DNA of 64,000 bases from Elusimicrobiales bacterium (GTDB lineage Bacteria; Elusimicrobiota; Elusimicrobia; Elusimicrobiales; UBA9959): the NCBI GenBank assembly GCA_023701245.1, contig JAMPXK010000005.1, forward strand, positions 385 through 64,384, in the 5' to 3' direction. Made by a program: the position numbers and the translations under genes. Shown piece by piece: positions 7,606 to 17,342 of this stretch; the stretch's first letter is position 1; every line of letters starts with the position of its first letter. Under the pieces are notes generated by a model, which was given only the letters and a program-made list of their open reading frames with translations, searched no databases and had not been told where the DNA came from.

Positions 7606-8595
7606 ATGAGCAATATAGATTTCCTTATTAAGCGCGGCGAGGCCTATTTCAGCGAGGGGCTGTTTGGGCCGGCTATCAACAATTACAGCCAGGCCATAGC
7701 GGCCGGGGACCGCAGTTCGCAGCTTTACTGCCTGCGGGCCAAGGCCTACCTGGCCAAAGCCTGGGAAGACGCGGGGCGCGCGCCTTTCGAGGAAGAGGCT
7801 TATGAAGTGTGGGCGGCGGATTTCGGCCGCAGGCCGGAGCTGGGTTTGGCCCTGGCGGACGCCGCGCAGGCGGTGCGCCTGGACCCAAAAAACAACGAGG
7901 CCTATTACGGTTTGGGCATGATACAGGTGGATAAAAGGTGCTGGGCCGAGGCTATAGCGGCTTTCGACAAATGCCTGGAGCTGCTGCCCGAAGATACGGA
8001 GGCCATGTACTGGCGGGCGGTGGCTTTTGACGAAATGGGCGATACCCCCAAGGCCCTTGAAACGCTGGGGGAGGTTATAGCTTTTGCGGCGGATTGTTCC
8101 GAGGCGTTCTACATGCGCAGCCAGATCCTTACTTCCAAGGGCGACCTGGAAGGGGCCCTGCAGGATATCTCCAAGGCCATAGACCTGGACCCCGAGGCGC
8201 CGGAGTATTATCTGCAGCGGGGCAAGGTGCTTTCCTACATGGCGGAAAAGCCGGCGGGGGCCGCGCGGCTGGCCGAAGCCATAGAGGACCTCTCGGAAGC
8301 TTTGCGCCTGGACCCCAAGTTTGCCGAGGCCTACAGCTGGCGCGCCCTGGCCTATATGCAGGCGGGGGAAGAAAAAAAAGAATTGAAGGACCTGGACGCG
8401 CTGATAGCGCTGGAGCCCAACCACGCCGAGGGCTACCGCCTGCGCTACGAATGCCAGGTGGCCTGCGGGCGGCGGCTGGAAGCGGCCATGGACTGGCTGT
8501 ACCTCTGTTTCTTAAAGCCCCGGGCGATAAGCGACACCCTGACCGAAGCCGGGCGGGGCGCGCGGGCGGATTTTAAAAAACTCAGCGGCAATTAG
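7606..8595 (+). CDS. tetratricopeptide repeat protein
   Basis: Repeated A..Y..RA.AY...G....A..D...A...DP motifs. ATG 7606 lies 7 nt after TATACT 7593-7598, so it is possibly leaderless. The ORF track begins at TTG 7588. Confidence 0.7.
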   Translation: MSNIDFLIKRGEAYFSEGLFGPAINNYSQAIAAGDRSSQLYCLRAKAYLAKAWEDAGRAPFEEEAYEVWAADFGRRPELGLALADAAQAVRLDPKNNEAYYGLGMIQVDKRCWAEAIAAFDKCLELLPEDTEAMYWRAVAFDEMGDTPKALETLGEVIAFAADCSEAFYMRSQILTSKGDLEGALQDISKAIDLDPEAPEYYLQRGKVLSYMAEKPAGAARLAEAIEDLSEALRLDPKFAEAYSWRALAYMQAGEEKKELKDLDALIALEPNHAEGYRLRYECQVACGRRLEAAMDWLYLCFLKPRAISDTLTEAGRGARADFKKLSGN

Positions 8596-8607
8596 GCGCA
8601 GGACTGC

Positions 8608-8988
8608 ATGAGACAAGTTACGGCCGCGGTTATTGAGAAGGACGGGAAGATACTTATTGCGCAGCGCAAGGCCGGGGACGCGCTGGCGGGCAAGTGGGAG
8701 TTCCCGGGCGGTAAAATGGAGCCGGGCGAAACGCCCCAGGCCTGCCTGTGGCGGGAGCTTCTGGAAGAGTTCGGGGTGGATACGGAAATAGGGGAGTTTA
8801 TCTGCGCGAGCCGGTTCGAATACAAGCACCTGCCTATAGAACTGCTGGTTTACCGCGTGCGGCATTTGTCCGGCGAGTTCAAACTTAACGACCACGCCCG
8901 CATAGAGTGGGTGGCCCCCGCGGACCTTAAAAATTTCGACCTTTCCAGCGCGGATATCCCCGTGCTGGATTTTCTTACAGGGAAATAA
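8608..8988 (+). CDS. mutT: NUDIX hydrolase, MutT-like (8-oxo-dGTP diphosphatase family)
   Basis: Nudix box GKWEFPGGKMEPGETPQACLWRELLEEFG. Confidence 0.85.
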   Translation: MRQVTAAVIEKDGKILIAQRKAGDALAGKWEFPGGKMEPGETPQACLWRELLEEFGVDTEIGEFICASRFEYKHLPIELLVYRVRHLSGEFKLNDHARIEWVAPADLKNFDLSSADIPVLDFLTGK

Positions 8989-8995
8989 CGCAACT

Positions 8996-9628
8996 ATGGC
9001 GGATATACAACTGGACCTGTTTTCGGAAGCGGCAGTGGCGCCGGTGTACCTGTTCTTCGATACGGAGACCACGGGGCTGCCGCGCAGCTGGAACGCGCCG
9101 GTGACGGACCTGGGCAACTGGCCGCGGCTGGTGCAGCTGGCCTATATGGCCTATGACCGGGACGGCGGGCTGATCGCTTCCTGCGACTGCCTTATAAAGC
9201 CGCAGGGCTTTACCATCCCCGCCGAATCGGCGCGCATACACGGCATTACTACCGAACGCGCGCTCAAAGAAGGGCGGGAGCTGGGAGAGGTGCTGCGGGA
9301 GTTCAAGGCGCTCTTGGACCAGGCGCAGTACCTGGTGGCGCATAATATGAGTTTCGACGAGAAGATAGTGGGCGCGGAGTTCCTGCGCAATGGCCTGCCG
9401 GATATCCCCGCTTCTAAACAGAAGATCTGCACCATGCACGGCACCACGGAGTTCTGCGCCATACCGGGGCCGCGCGGCTACAAATGGCCCAAGCTCGCGG
9501 AGCTGCACCAGAAGCTGTTCCGGGCGGATTTCGAAGGCGCGCATAATGCCGCCTCGGACGTGGCCGCCACGGCCAAGTGTTTTTGGGAACTGAAGAAGCA
9601 GGGGATAATAAAGCTCCCCCTGGATTAA
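8996..9628 (+). CDS. DEDDh 3'-5' exonuclease (DnaQ/epsilon-like domain)
   Basis: Exo I FFDTETTGL, Exo II VAHNMSFD, Exo III HNAASDV. Confidence 0.85.
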   Translation: MADIQLDLFSEAAVAPVYLFFDTETTGLPRSWNAPVTDLGNWPRLVQLAYMAYDRDGGLIASCDCLIKPQGFTIPAESARIHGITTERALKEGRELGEVLREFKALLDQAQYLVAHNMSFDEKIVGAEFLRNGLPDIPASKQKICTMHGTTEFCAIPGPRGYKWPKLAELHQKLFRADFEGAHNAASDVAATAKCFWELKKQGIIKLPLD

Positions 9629-9635
9629 GGCGGCT

Positions 9636-9899
9636 TCAGGCCTGCGGAGTTTGCGGGGGCTGGGGGTCCTGCGGGGGCTCTGGTTCCTGAACGGGCTGGG
9701 GCGGCTGAGGTTCCTGGGGCTTGGTTCCGTGGATGAATTTGGTTTTGGCCGGGTTTTTGGCGTTGGTGGCGCCTATGCGGCATTTTTCGCAGCGGCGCAG
9801 GCAGTCTTCGTAAGTGTTGGCGGGCGGGATCTCTTTGGCTTTGGCGGGGCCTATATATTTGCCGCAACCGGGGCAGCGCAGGCGGGGTAATTCGGGCAT
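9636..9899 (-). CDS. small zinc-ribbon protein with P/Q-rich tail (87 aa)
   Basis: CPGC...CEKC pairs. It is only the 3' part of the 606-aa minus-strand ORF; the rest is antisense to real genes. TGcTATTTT -10 lies 6 nt upstream of the ATG. Confidence 0.5.
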   Translation of the reverse strand: MPELPRLRCPGCGKYIGPAKAKEIPPANTYEDCLRRCEKCRIGATNAKNPAKTKFIHGTKPQEPQPPQPVQEPEPPQDPQPPQTPQA

Positions 9900-9953
9900 A
9901 GGATAAAAATAGCATTTGGCTCCGGGGTAGAACAAGGATAAGCGCGGGGTATT

Positions 9954-10538
9954 ATGAGAAAGACTATCGGCGTATTGATCTTGCTGGGCCTGGCCCTGCC
10001 TGCCCTGGCGGCGGACAAACCTGTCTATAAATGGAACGCGGCCAATGAACTGTATGTCCTGCTGCCTACGCCGCAGAACCTGTACCTGAAGAGCAGCCGG
10101 GCCACCGAGATAGTGCATCCGCTGGGCCTGGGGCTGCGGGCGGTGGGCAACGGGGAGCTGTTTGGCCGCACGGGCGGGCTGCAGGTGCAGCTGGTAAAGA
10201 CGGCGCATAACGGTTCTTTCTGGCTGCTGGATTTCCTGGCCGGCGTGGAGTATGTAACGCCCAAGACGGAAGGCCGCCCGCTGCGGTTCACGGTGGCCGC
10301 CCTGGGTGACCTGGGCCTGGCCGATACCAATTTTTACCTGGCGCCCATATTGAGCGCGGGGCTGATCTATACTACGGACCAGGCGGCGGATACGCCCGTG
10401 GGCCTTACGCTCAACCTGTTCTGGCGGCCTTCCGGCATAGACATCCCCGACGCCGGCGGCGGCCGCGACGCCACCCTTAAACCGGTGCTGGGCGTAAAAC
10501 TGGGCTACATCTTCGAAGGCTTCTGGTCGGTAAAATAG
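9954..10538 (+). CDS. secreted hypothetical protein, possible small beta-barrel outer-membrane protein
   Basis: Signal peptide MRKTIGVLILLGLALPALAA, alternating hydrophobic beta-like segments, aromatic-rich C-terminus (YIFEGFWSVK). Confidence 0.6.
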   Translation: MRKTIGVLILLGLALPALAADKPVYKWNAANELYVLLPTPQNLYLKSSRATEIVHPLGLGLRAVGNGELFGRTGGLQVQLVKTAHNGSFWLLDFLAGVEYVTPKTEGRPLRFTVAALGDLGLADTNFYLAPILSAGLIYTTDQAADTPVGLTLNLFWRPSGIDIPDAGGGRDATLKPVLGVKLGYIFEGFWSVK

Positions 10539-10577
10539 AGGGTGGTAGAACCGGCGGCGCGGCACATTAACGCAACT

Positions 10578-12140
10578 ATGGATAAAAAAGAAAAAGCCGA
10601 TACCGATTTTAAGGCCAGGCTGCTGGCCGCGGCGGAATTGCTGGAGGCCGTTGCGGGCGACCGCGGGCTGCTGTCCGGCGTGCCGGAGGCGGAGAGCACG
10701 CGGCTCTTGAAGGCCGCGGGCGAGGTGGCGCGGCCGGACGCGCGCGCGCGGCGGCAGCTGGTGAAGGCGGCCAGCCGGCGGCGCAGGGCCGAGCGCGCCG
10801 AACAGGCAGAAAGCGCCCTCAACCAGACCGGCATACGCAAATTGCGGCGGCAGGCCGTGTTCACCACGCCCAATGTGTACCCGCCGGTGGGCTTTGAGGC
10901 GCACGCCGCCGACGCGCCGCCCCCCACGGCCGCGCACGAAGAGCAGAACTGCTATATCTGCAAGAAGAATTACACGCAGCTGCATCATTTTTACGACCAG
11001 CTCTGCCCGGACTGCGCCGTGGTGAATTACCGCAAGCGCACCGAAACGGCCGACCTGAGCGGCCGCGTGGCCCTGCTTACCGGCGGCCGCGTGAAGATAG
11101 GCTACCAGGCGGGCATAAAGCTGCTGCGCGCTGGCGCCCAGCTGATAGTCAGCACGCGTTTCCCGCGCGATTCGGCCATGCGCTACGCGGCCGAGCCTGA
11201 TTATAAAGACTGGGGCCACCGGCTGGAGATCTTCGGCCTGGACCTGCGCCATACGCCCAGCGTAGAGGCTTTTTGCGCCCACCTGCTTGCCACGCGCACG
11301 CGGCTGGATTTCATTATCAACAATGCCTGCCAGACGGTGCGCCGCCCGCCGGACTTTTACAAGCACATGATGGAGCGCGAACAGGGCCCCCTGCGGGATA
11401 TGCCTGAAAACGCGCGGCGGCTGCTGGGCGCCTATGAAGGTTTGCGCGGTTACCATTTATTGCCCGAAGGCCCCGCCGCGACGGAACGCGGCGTTGCGGC
11501 CGCGGAGGCGCAGGGGCTTTCCAAAACCGCCGGGCTTACGCACGCGGCGGCGCTGTCGCAGGTGGCCCTGCTGCCGGAAGAACTGGCCGCGCAGGCGGCC
11601 CTGTTCCCGCAGGGCCGGCTGGACCAGGACCTGCAGCAGGTGGACCTGCGCCATAAAAATTCCTGGCGCATGCTCATGGCGGAAGTGCCCGCCGTGGAAT
11701 TGCTGGAAGTGCAGCTGGTGAACGCCGTGGCGCCTTTCATCCTGAACGCGCGCTTAAAGCCGCTTATGCTGCGTACGCCCGAACGCGACAAGCACATAGT
11801 AAACGTGTCGGCGGTGGAAGGGCAGTTCTACCGCAAGTTCAAGACCACGCGCCACCCGCATACCAATATGGCCAAGGCCGCGCTCAATATGATGACGCGC
11901 ACCGCGGCGGCGGATTATTATACCGACGGCATCCACATGAACGCCGTGGACACCGGCTGGGTGACCGACGAGGACCCCGCCCATATAGCGGCGCGCAAAA
12001 CGGTAGAACAGCGCTTTCACCCGCCGCTGGATATAGTGGACGGCGCCGCGCGCATAGTGGACCCTATCATAGACGGGTTCAATACCGGCCAGCACATCTG
12101 GGGCAAGTTCCTTAAAGACTACCGCCCCACGGACTGGTAG
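10578..12140 (+). CDS. SDR-family oxidoreductase with long N-terminal extension containing a CxxC..CxxC motif
   Basis: [12 protein letters not shown] Rossmann motif and NNACQ, plus NCYICKK...CPDC. ATG 10578 chosen. Confidence 0.75.
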   Translation: MDKKEKADTDFKARLLAAAELLEAVAGDRGLLSGVPEAESTRLLKAAGEVARPDARARRQLVKAASRRRRAERAEQAESALNQTGIRKLRRQAVFTTPNVYPPVGFEAHAADAPPPTAAHEEQNCYICKKNYTQLHHFYDQLCPDCAVVNYRKRTETADLSGRVALLTGGRVKIGYQAGIKLLRAGAQLIVSTRFPRDSAMRYAAEPDYKDWGHRLEIFGLDLRHTPSVEAFCAHLLATRTRLDFIINNACQTVRRPPDFYKHMMEREQGPLRDMPENARRLLGAYEGLRGYHLLPEGPAATERGVAAAEAQGLSKTAGLTHAAALSQVALLPEELAAQAALFPQGRLDQDLQQVDLRHKNSWRMLMAEVPAVELLEVQLVNAVAPFILNARLKPLMLRTPERDKHIVNVSAVEGQFYRKFKTTRHPHTNMAKAALNMMTRTAAADYYTDGIHMNAVDTGWVTDEDPAHIAARKTVEQRFHPPLDIVDGAARIVDPIIDGFNTGQHIWGKFLKDYRPTDW

Positions 12141-12201
12141 CGCCTGCGCCGCCGGGGGCATTTGTTATAATTTCCAACATGAAAACCGCCAGGAGAATAA
12201 A

Positions 12202-12687
12202 GTGAGCGTGGCCGGGGTGTGCCGGGACGTAAAGGATTTTTTGCGGGCGCTGGCGGGGGACCTGCCGGAGGTGTTCCCGCGGCCGGCGGTTTACAGGCCG
12301 CGCCGGGGGTACGCGCGGCGGCGGGCCGGGGCGCCGGGGCCCACGGCGGCGCAGCGGCGGGCCGCGCGCGAAATAATAAGCGCGCGGGTGGCCCACTGGG
12401 CGGCGGCGCTGGGCGTGGAGTATAAGCGGGTCTTTATAAAGAACCAGCGCTCCATGTGGGGCAGCTGCTCTATGCGGCGCAACCTGAATTTTAACTGGCG
12501 GCTGGCCGCGGCGGCGCCCGAGGTGCTGGACTACGTGGTGATACACGAACTCTGCCACCTGCGCGAGATGAACCATTCCAAAAAGTTCTGGGCGCATGTG
12601 GGCGCGGCCTGCCCGGAGTACAAGGCGCGGCGCCGCTGGCTGCGCGACAATACCGCCCTGCTGCGCCGTACGGATATCCTTAATTGA
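12202..12687 (+). CDS. YgjP/DUF45 (SprT-like) metal-dependent hydrolase
   Basis: WGSCS...VIHELCHLREMNHSKKFW (HExxH). AGGAG RBS before GTG 12202. Confidence 0.8.
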   Translation: MSVAGVCRDVKDFLRALAGDLPEVFPRPAVYRPRRGYARRRAGAPGPTAAQRRAAREIISARVAHWAAALGVEYKRVFIKNQRSMWGSCSMRRNLNFNWRLAAAAPEVLDYVVIHELCHLREMNHSKKFWAHVGAACPEYKARRRWLRDNTALLRRTDILN

Positions 12688-12710
12688 CCCGCCGCCTAAT
12701 TTTGTAGACT
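12684..12710 (+). promoter_or_regulatory. promoter TTGACC-N15-TAGACT within CTAATTTTGTAGACTTTT box
   Basis: -10 at 12705-12710. ATG 12718 is 7 nt downstream, so this is a leaderless candidate. Confidence 0.5.
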
Positions 12711-12717
12711 TTTCACC

Positions 12718-14946
12718 ATGCCAATGACGGACACCAACGCCGCGGCCGCCGACAATAAGCCTTCCTGGGCCGACGCCGGCGGCGCCCTGGCGGCCATGCT
12801 GGTGGCGGTGCCGTCCTCCATAGCTTTTGGCGTGGCCATGTACGCGCCGCTGGGGCCGGGCTTTGCCGGCGCTGGCGCCCTGGCCGGCGTGGTGGGCGCC
12901 GTGGCCCTGGGCCTGGTGGCTCCGGCGCTGGGCGGCGCGCCGCGCATAATTTCCGCGCCTTGCGCGCCCGCCGCGGCCGTAATGGCGGCGCTGTGCGCGG
13001 GGCTGGTAACGGCCGGCGGCACGCCGGCGCAGGTGCTGGCGTCCCTGGCGCTGGTGGGGCTGTTCTCCGGGGCGCTGCAGCTGCTTTACGGCGCGCTGGG
13101 CGGCGGCCGCCTCATAAAATATATTCCTTACCCCGTGGTCACCGGCTACATGAGCGGCGTGGGCCTGCTGATAATCCTGAAACAGATAGTGCCTTTCCTG
13201 GGGCTGGAAAAGAACACGGACGCGCTGGCGGGTTTGTTCCTGCCCGGCGCGTGGCAGTGGCCGGCCATGACCGTGGCGGTGGTTACGGCCGCGGCCGCGG
13301 TGCTGGCGCCGCGCGTCACCAAAAAAGTGCCGGCCGCCATCATTGGCCTGGGCGCCGGCATACTGGCGCATTTCGCGGCGGGGTTCTTTCAGCCGCAGCT
13401 GCTGGCCATGGACAACAATCCTTTTATAATCGGCCACATCTCCACCAGCCCGGCGGCCATGTGGCAGGGCCTGGCGGCTAATTTCGCCGGCCTGAGCCAC
13501 CTGGCCCTGCCCGAACTGCGCGCTCTTATAGGCCCCGCGCTTACGCTGTCGGTGCTGCTTTCCATAGATACGCTAAAGACCTGCGTGGTGACGGACACCG
13601 TGGTGCGCTCGCGGCACAATTCCAACCGCGAACTGCGCGGGCAGGGCGCGGCCAACCTGGCCAGCGCCTTGCTGGGCGGCATGCCCGGCGCCGGCACCAT
13701 GGGCGCCACCATGGTAAGCCTGGCCAGCGGCGGGCGCACGCGCTGGGCGGGCGTGCTTACGGGCGCTTTCGCGCTGGCGGCGGCGCTGATCCTGGGCGGC
13801 GCCATAGGGCGCATACCGCTGGCGGCCTTGGCCGGCATCCTGGTGGTGGTGGGCGCGCGCATGATAGACCGCGCCAGCGTGCGCCTGGCCTTGAAGCGCA
13901 GCACCATGCTGGACTTCGCCGTGGTGCTGTCCGTGGCGGGCACGGCCCTGGCGGCGGACCTGATAGCGGCCGCCGGCGTGGGCATAGGTTTTTCCATGCT
14001 GCTGTTCATCCGCGAACAGATGAACAGCAACGTGATCCGGCGCAAGGCCACCGGGCTGGAGATCTCCTCCAAGCAGCAGCGCCTGCCGCGCGAAAGGGCC
14101 GTGCTGGCCGAACGCGGCGCCGAAACCCTGGTGGTGGAACTGCAGGGCAGTCTGTTCTTCGGCACCACGGACCAATTGTTCTCCGAAATAGAGCAGGAGA
14201 TGAAGACCTGCCGGCGGCTTATCATAGACATGCGGCGCGTGACCAGCGTGGACTTTACCGCCGTGCACATGCTGCAGCAGGTGGACGAAATGATGCGCGA
14301 GCGCGGCGGCGCGCTGGTGTTCTCGCACCTGCCGCCCAGCCTGCCCACCGGGCAGGACCTGGGGGATTATTTCAAACAGCTGGGCCTGGCCGGCGGCGGC
14401 GGCGCGGGGCGCATCTTCGAAACGCTGCACGACGCGCTGGAATGGGCCGAAGACCGCATCCTGGAGGAAGCCGGAGTGAAGCGCCTGTACTACGGCGAGC
14501 TGCTGGACCTGGCCGAAATAGATTTTTTGCGGGAGATGGACGAACTGTCCCTGGCGGACCTGCGCGTGGTGTTCAAAGAACTGCACGTGCCGGCCGGCAA
14601 GCCTATCTTCGTGCGCAAGGGCCACGGCGAGGAACTGTTCCTGATACGCCGCGGCGAAGTGCGCATTGTGCTGCCGCTCAAGAGCACGCACCGCCAGCAT
14701 CACCTGGCCGTGTTCGGCCCGGGGGATTTCTTCGGCGAGGTGGCCTTTCTTAACCGCACGCCGCGCACCGCCGACGCCATCGCCCTCAGGGACACGGACC
14801 TGTACGTTATAGGCCGCCCCGCTTTCGACCAGATCGCCTCGCGCAACCCGGTGGTGGGCTCCGCCTTCTACCAGCGCCTGGCCACGGTGGTGGCGCTGCG
14901 CCTGCGCGACGCCGACCGCGAACTGCGCCGCCTGCAGGACAGCTAG
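12718..14946 (+). CDS. SulP/SLC26 anion transporter fused to STAS and cyclic-nucleotide-binding domains
   Basis: Multi-TM N-terminal half, a STAS-like middle (VVELQGSLFFGT), and a C-terminal cNMP-binding motif FGEVAFLNRTPRTADAIA. Confidence 0.85.
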   Translation: MPMTDTNAAAADNKPSWADAGGALAAMLVAVPSSIAFGVAMYAPLGPGFAGAGALAGVVGAVALGLVAPALGGAPRIISAPCAPAAAVMAALCAGLVTAGGTPAQVLASLALVGLFSGALQLLYGALGGGRLIKYIPYPVVTGYMSGVGLLIILKQIVPFLGLEKNTDALAGLFLPGAWQWPAMTVAVVTAAAAVLAPRVTKKVPAAIIGLGAGILAHFAAGFFQPQLLAMDNNPFIIGHISTSPAAMWQGLAANFAGLSHLALPELRALIGPALTLSVLLSIDTLKTCVVTDTVVRSRHNSNRELRGQGAANLASALLGGMPGAGTMGATMVSLASGGRTRWAGVLTGAFALAAALILGGAIGRIPLAALAGILVVVGARMIDRASVRLALKRSTMLDFAVVLSVAGTALAADLIAAAGVGIGFSMLLFIREQMNSNVIRRKATGLEISSKQQRLPRERAVLAERGAETLVVELQGSLFFGTTDQLFSEIEQEMKTCRRLIIDMRRVTSVDFTAVHMLQQVDEMMRERGGALVFSHLPPSLPTGQDLGDYFKQLGLAGGGGAGRIFETLHDALEWAEDRILEEAGVKRLYYGELLDLAEIDFLREMDELSLADLRVVFKELHVPAGKPIFVRKGHGEELFLIRRGEVRIVLPLKSTHRQHHLAVFGPGDFFGEVAFLNRTPRTADAIALRDTDLYVIGRPAFDQIASRNPVVGSAFYQRLATVVALRLRDADRELRRLQDS

Positions 14947-14976
14947 GGAAAACAGCGGTAATTAGCGGGAGGAAAA

Positions 14977-15555
14977 ATGAAAATAAAAATGCTTATGGTG
15001 CTGGTGCTGGCGGCGGCCGCCGCCTGTTCGAAACAGCCGCAGCAGGTTTCCGAGGACAAGGATTTTAACGCGGCGGTTGCCGAGCTGGAGAAGGCCGTTA
15101 CGCCCGCGGACCGCTTCTACGCGCTGAACGCCGCCGAGGTTACGGCCATGGACGCCGGCAATATAGACGCGGCCCGGGCCTACGCGGCCGAACACGCCGC
15201 GCTGCTGCCCAAGTTCGCGAAGAACTGGAATTACGGCAACGCCGTGCAGGACATCAACCAGACGCTGGGCCGCATAGCGCTGCGGGAAAAGAACTTCGCG
15301 GCGGCAGGCGACTACCTTATCAAGTCTGCCCAGGGCGGCGGTTCGCCGCAGCTGAACTCCTTCGGCCCTAATTTCCAGCTGGCCAAAGAACTGCTGGAGG
15401 CGGGTCAGCGGGAGCCGGTGCGGCAGTATTTGGAGCTCTGCGGCAAATTCTGGAAAATGGACCGCGGCAGCCTGGCGCATTGGCTGGAAGTGATGAAAGC
15501 CGGCGGCACGCCGGACTTCCACGACCACTATACCCGCGGTTACGAAAAAAAGTAG
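14977..15555 (+). CDS. lipoprotein, unknown function
   Basis: Lipobox LAAAAAC after a signal sequence. GGAGG RBS. Confidence 0.65.
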   Translation: MKIKMLMVLVLAAAAACSKQPQQVSEDKDFNAAVAELEKAVTPADRFYALNAAEVTAMDAGNIDAARAYAAEHAALLPKFAKNWNYGNAVQDINQTLGRIALREKNFAAAGDYLIKSAQGGGSPQLNSFGPNFQLAKELLEAGQREPVRQYLELCGKFWKMDRGSLAHWLEVMKAGGTPDFHDHYTRGYEKK

Positions 15556-15580
15556 GCCTGGCACAAAGGGCCTAGTTAAA

Positions 15581-15606
15581 ACGGGGGCAAATGCCCCCGT
15601 TTTTTT
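15581..15606 (+). terminator. intrinsic terminator
   Basis: ACGGGGGCAaaTGCCCCCGT followed by T7. Confidence 0.8.
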
Positions 15607-15656
15607 GGGCCTTTAGCCTCTATTGGGTTTGCCGGGTATAAAGAGATAATAAGAGA

Positions 15657-17222
15657 ATGCTGAATCCCGCTATTCTTCTTTTTATCCCTTTGTTCGCGCC
15701 GGCCGCCGCCGCGCAGGAAGTTTTTGAAACTTTAGCCGCGCAGGCTCCCGCCGCCGCCGCGGCCGCCCCGGAGCCGGGCGCGCCGGTAAAACAGCCGCCG
15801 CCCGTTGTGGACCTTGCCTCCCCCGGCGCCATAGCCGCGCTTACCCCGGCCGAAATGGCCGCCGCCACGCCCGAACAGCGCCTGGCCATGCTCAGGACTT
15901 TAATGAAGCATTCCTCCCCGGCCATGAATAACGGGGAGGCCGACTGGCGCCAGCAGCAGACCGAAGCCGCCATCTACCGCCTGTTCGAAAGCGCCCCCGA
16001 CGCGGCCGCTTTCGACGCGCTGTATTACCACGTGCGGCGCCTGAAGCTGCACGGCGCGGTAACCTATCCCGCCGCCATAGAAAAACTGGCCGACCGCCAC
16101 CTGGCCGCCACCGTGCCCGGCGACTGGGCCGGCCTGGCCGCCTATATAGACGCGGTTACCGGGTCGCGCAGTTCGGGCCTGAACAAAATTGATTTCCTGA
16201 TAGACGGCGCGGTTCTGCCCGCGGCCGAAGCCGCCATAGACGCGGCCCGGGAGTCTATCCACATAGAAGTGTACCAGCTGCAGGCCGACGACATAGGCTG
16301 GGCGCTGGCGCGTAAGCTGGCGGCCAAGGCCAAAGAGGGCGTGCAGGTGCGCCTGCTGGTGGACTATTACGGCTCCGGCGTTAAGAAGGGGCTGGAGATA
16401 CAGAAGCTGCTGGCTTTCCTGCGGGAGAACGGCGCCGAGGCCCGCACCAACGATTCCGCCCGCTGGACTGGCAGCCGCGACCACCGCAAGGTGATGGTGG
16501 TGGACGGCCGCGTGGGCTTTACCGGCGGCATGAACATAGGCGGCCATTACCAGGTGGACTGGCACGACCAGCAGAGCCGCCTGGACGGCCCCGCCGTGGC
16601 CCGCCTGCAGGACTCTTTCCTGGAGCAGTGGGAGGAATCCGGCGGCACCGTGCGCGAGCGGGCGGCTTTTTACCCGGAGCTGCGCAATTTCCCCGGCGGC
16701 GTAGAGGCGCGGGTGGTGTACCACACCGGCAATACGGACCGCAATATAAAGGCCATGTACCTGCGCGCCTTCCACACGGCGCAAAAGAGCATAAGCGCGG
16801 CGGCGCCCTATTTTGCCGACCCCGACGTGGTGGACGCGCTGGCGGCGGCGGCCCTGCGCGGCGTAAAAGTGCAATTGGTTTTCCCGGCGCTCAACAACAA
16901 GGCCATAGCTATGAAGAGCTCCCGCTCTTTTTACCCGCAGCTGCTGGCGGCCGGCGTGGAGATCTACGAATACCAGGGCCGCATGGCCCACCAGAAAGTG
17001 GTCACCATAGACGGCGTGTGGAGCAGCTTCGGCTCTTCCAACCTCGACAGCCGCAGCCTTAAGAACAACCACGAACTCAACGTGGTTGTGCAGGACGCGG
17101 GGCTGGCGGACTATATAGGCGCGGAGATGTTCGCCAAGGACATACCGCAGAGCAGCCGCATAACGCATTATAAACCCACCTTCATGGACAAAGTGGCCGG
17201 CCGGCTTTACCCCTGGCTGTAA
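15657..17222 (+). CDS. cls: phospholipase D family protein, cardiolipin synthase-like
   Basis: Two HKD motifs: HRKVMVVDGRVGFTGGMNIG and HQKVVTIDGVWSSFGSSNLDSRS. Confidence 0.85.
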   Translation: MLNPAILLFIPLFAPAAAAQEVFETLAAQAPAAAAAAPEPGAPVKQPPPVVDLASPGAIAALTPAEMAAATPEQRLAMLRTLMKHSSPAMNNGEADWRQQQTEAAIYRLFESAPDAAAFDALYYHVRRLKLHGAVTYPAAIEKLADRHLAATVPGDWAGLAAYIDAVTGSRSSGLNKIDFLIDGAVLPAAEAAIDAARESIHIEVYQLQADDIGWALARKLAAKAKEGVQVRLLVDYYGSGVKKGLEIQKLLAFLRENGAEARTNDSARWTGSRDHRKVMVVDGRVGFTGGMNIGGHYQVDWHDQQSRLDGPAVARLQDSFLEQWEESGGTVRERAAFYPELRNFPGGVEARVVYHTGNTDRNIKAMYLRAFHTAQKSISAAAPYFADPDVVDALAAAALRGVKVQLVFPALNNKAIAMKSSRSFYPQLLAAGVEIYEYQGRMAHQKVVTIDGVWSSFGSSNLDSRSLKNNHELNVVVQDAGLADYIGAEMFAKDIPQSSRITHYKPTFMDKVAGRLYPWL

Positions 17223-17240
17223 GGCCCGGCGCTGGCGGCA

Positions 17241-17274
17241 AGGACCGGAGGAGATCCCTCCGGTCCTTTTTTTT
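17241..17274 (+). terminator. intrinsic terminator
   Basis: AGGACCGGAGG-agatc-CCTCCGGTCCT followed by T8. Confidence 0.85.
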
Positions 17275-17275
17275 A

Positions 17276-17310
17276 CCCGACACTACGCTGTCGGGGCGGC
17301 CTGCTATGCT
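17276..17310 (+). promoter_or_regulatory. palindrome + extended -10 module copy 4 (ssb)
   Basis: CCCGACA 17276-17282, TGTCGGG 17289-17295, TATGCT 17305-17310. Confidence 0.7.
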
Positions 17311-17342
17311 ATTGGGAGTAAAAATTACCGCAAGGGGGCAGT

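Noticed and set aside
9900-11456. Upstream 5/6 of the 606-aa minus-strand ORF
   Set aside because: It is antisense to two well-supported plus-strand genes (a secreted protein and the SDR). Its composition (R/A/G/P/H-rich) is typical of GC-rich antisense frames. Only the last 87 codons were kept.
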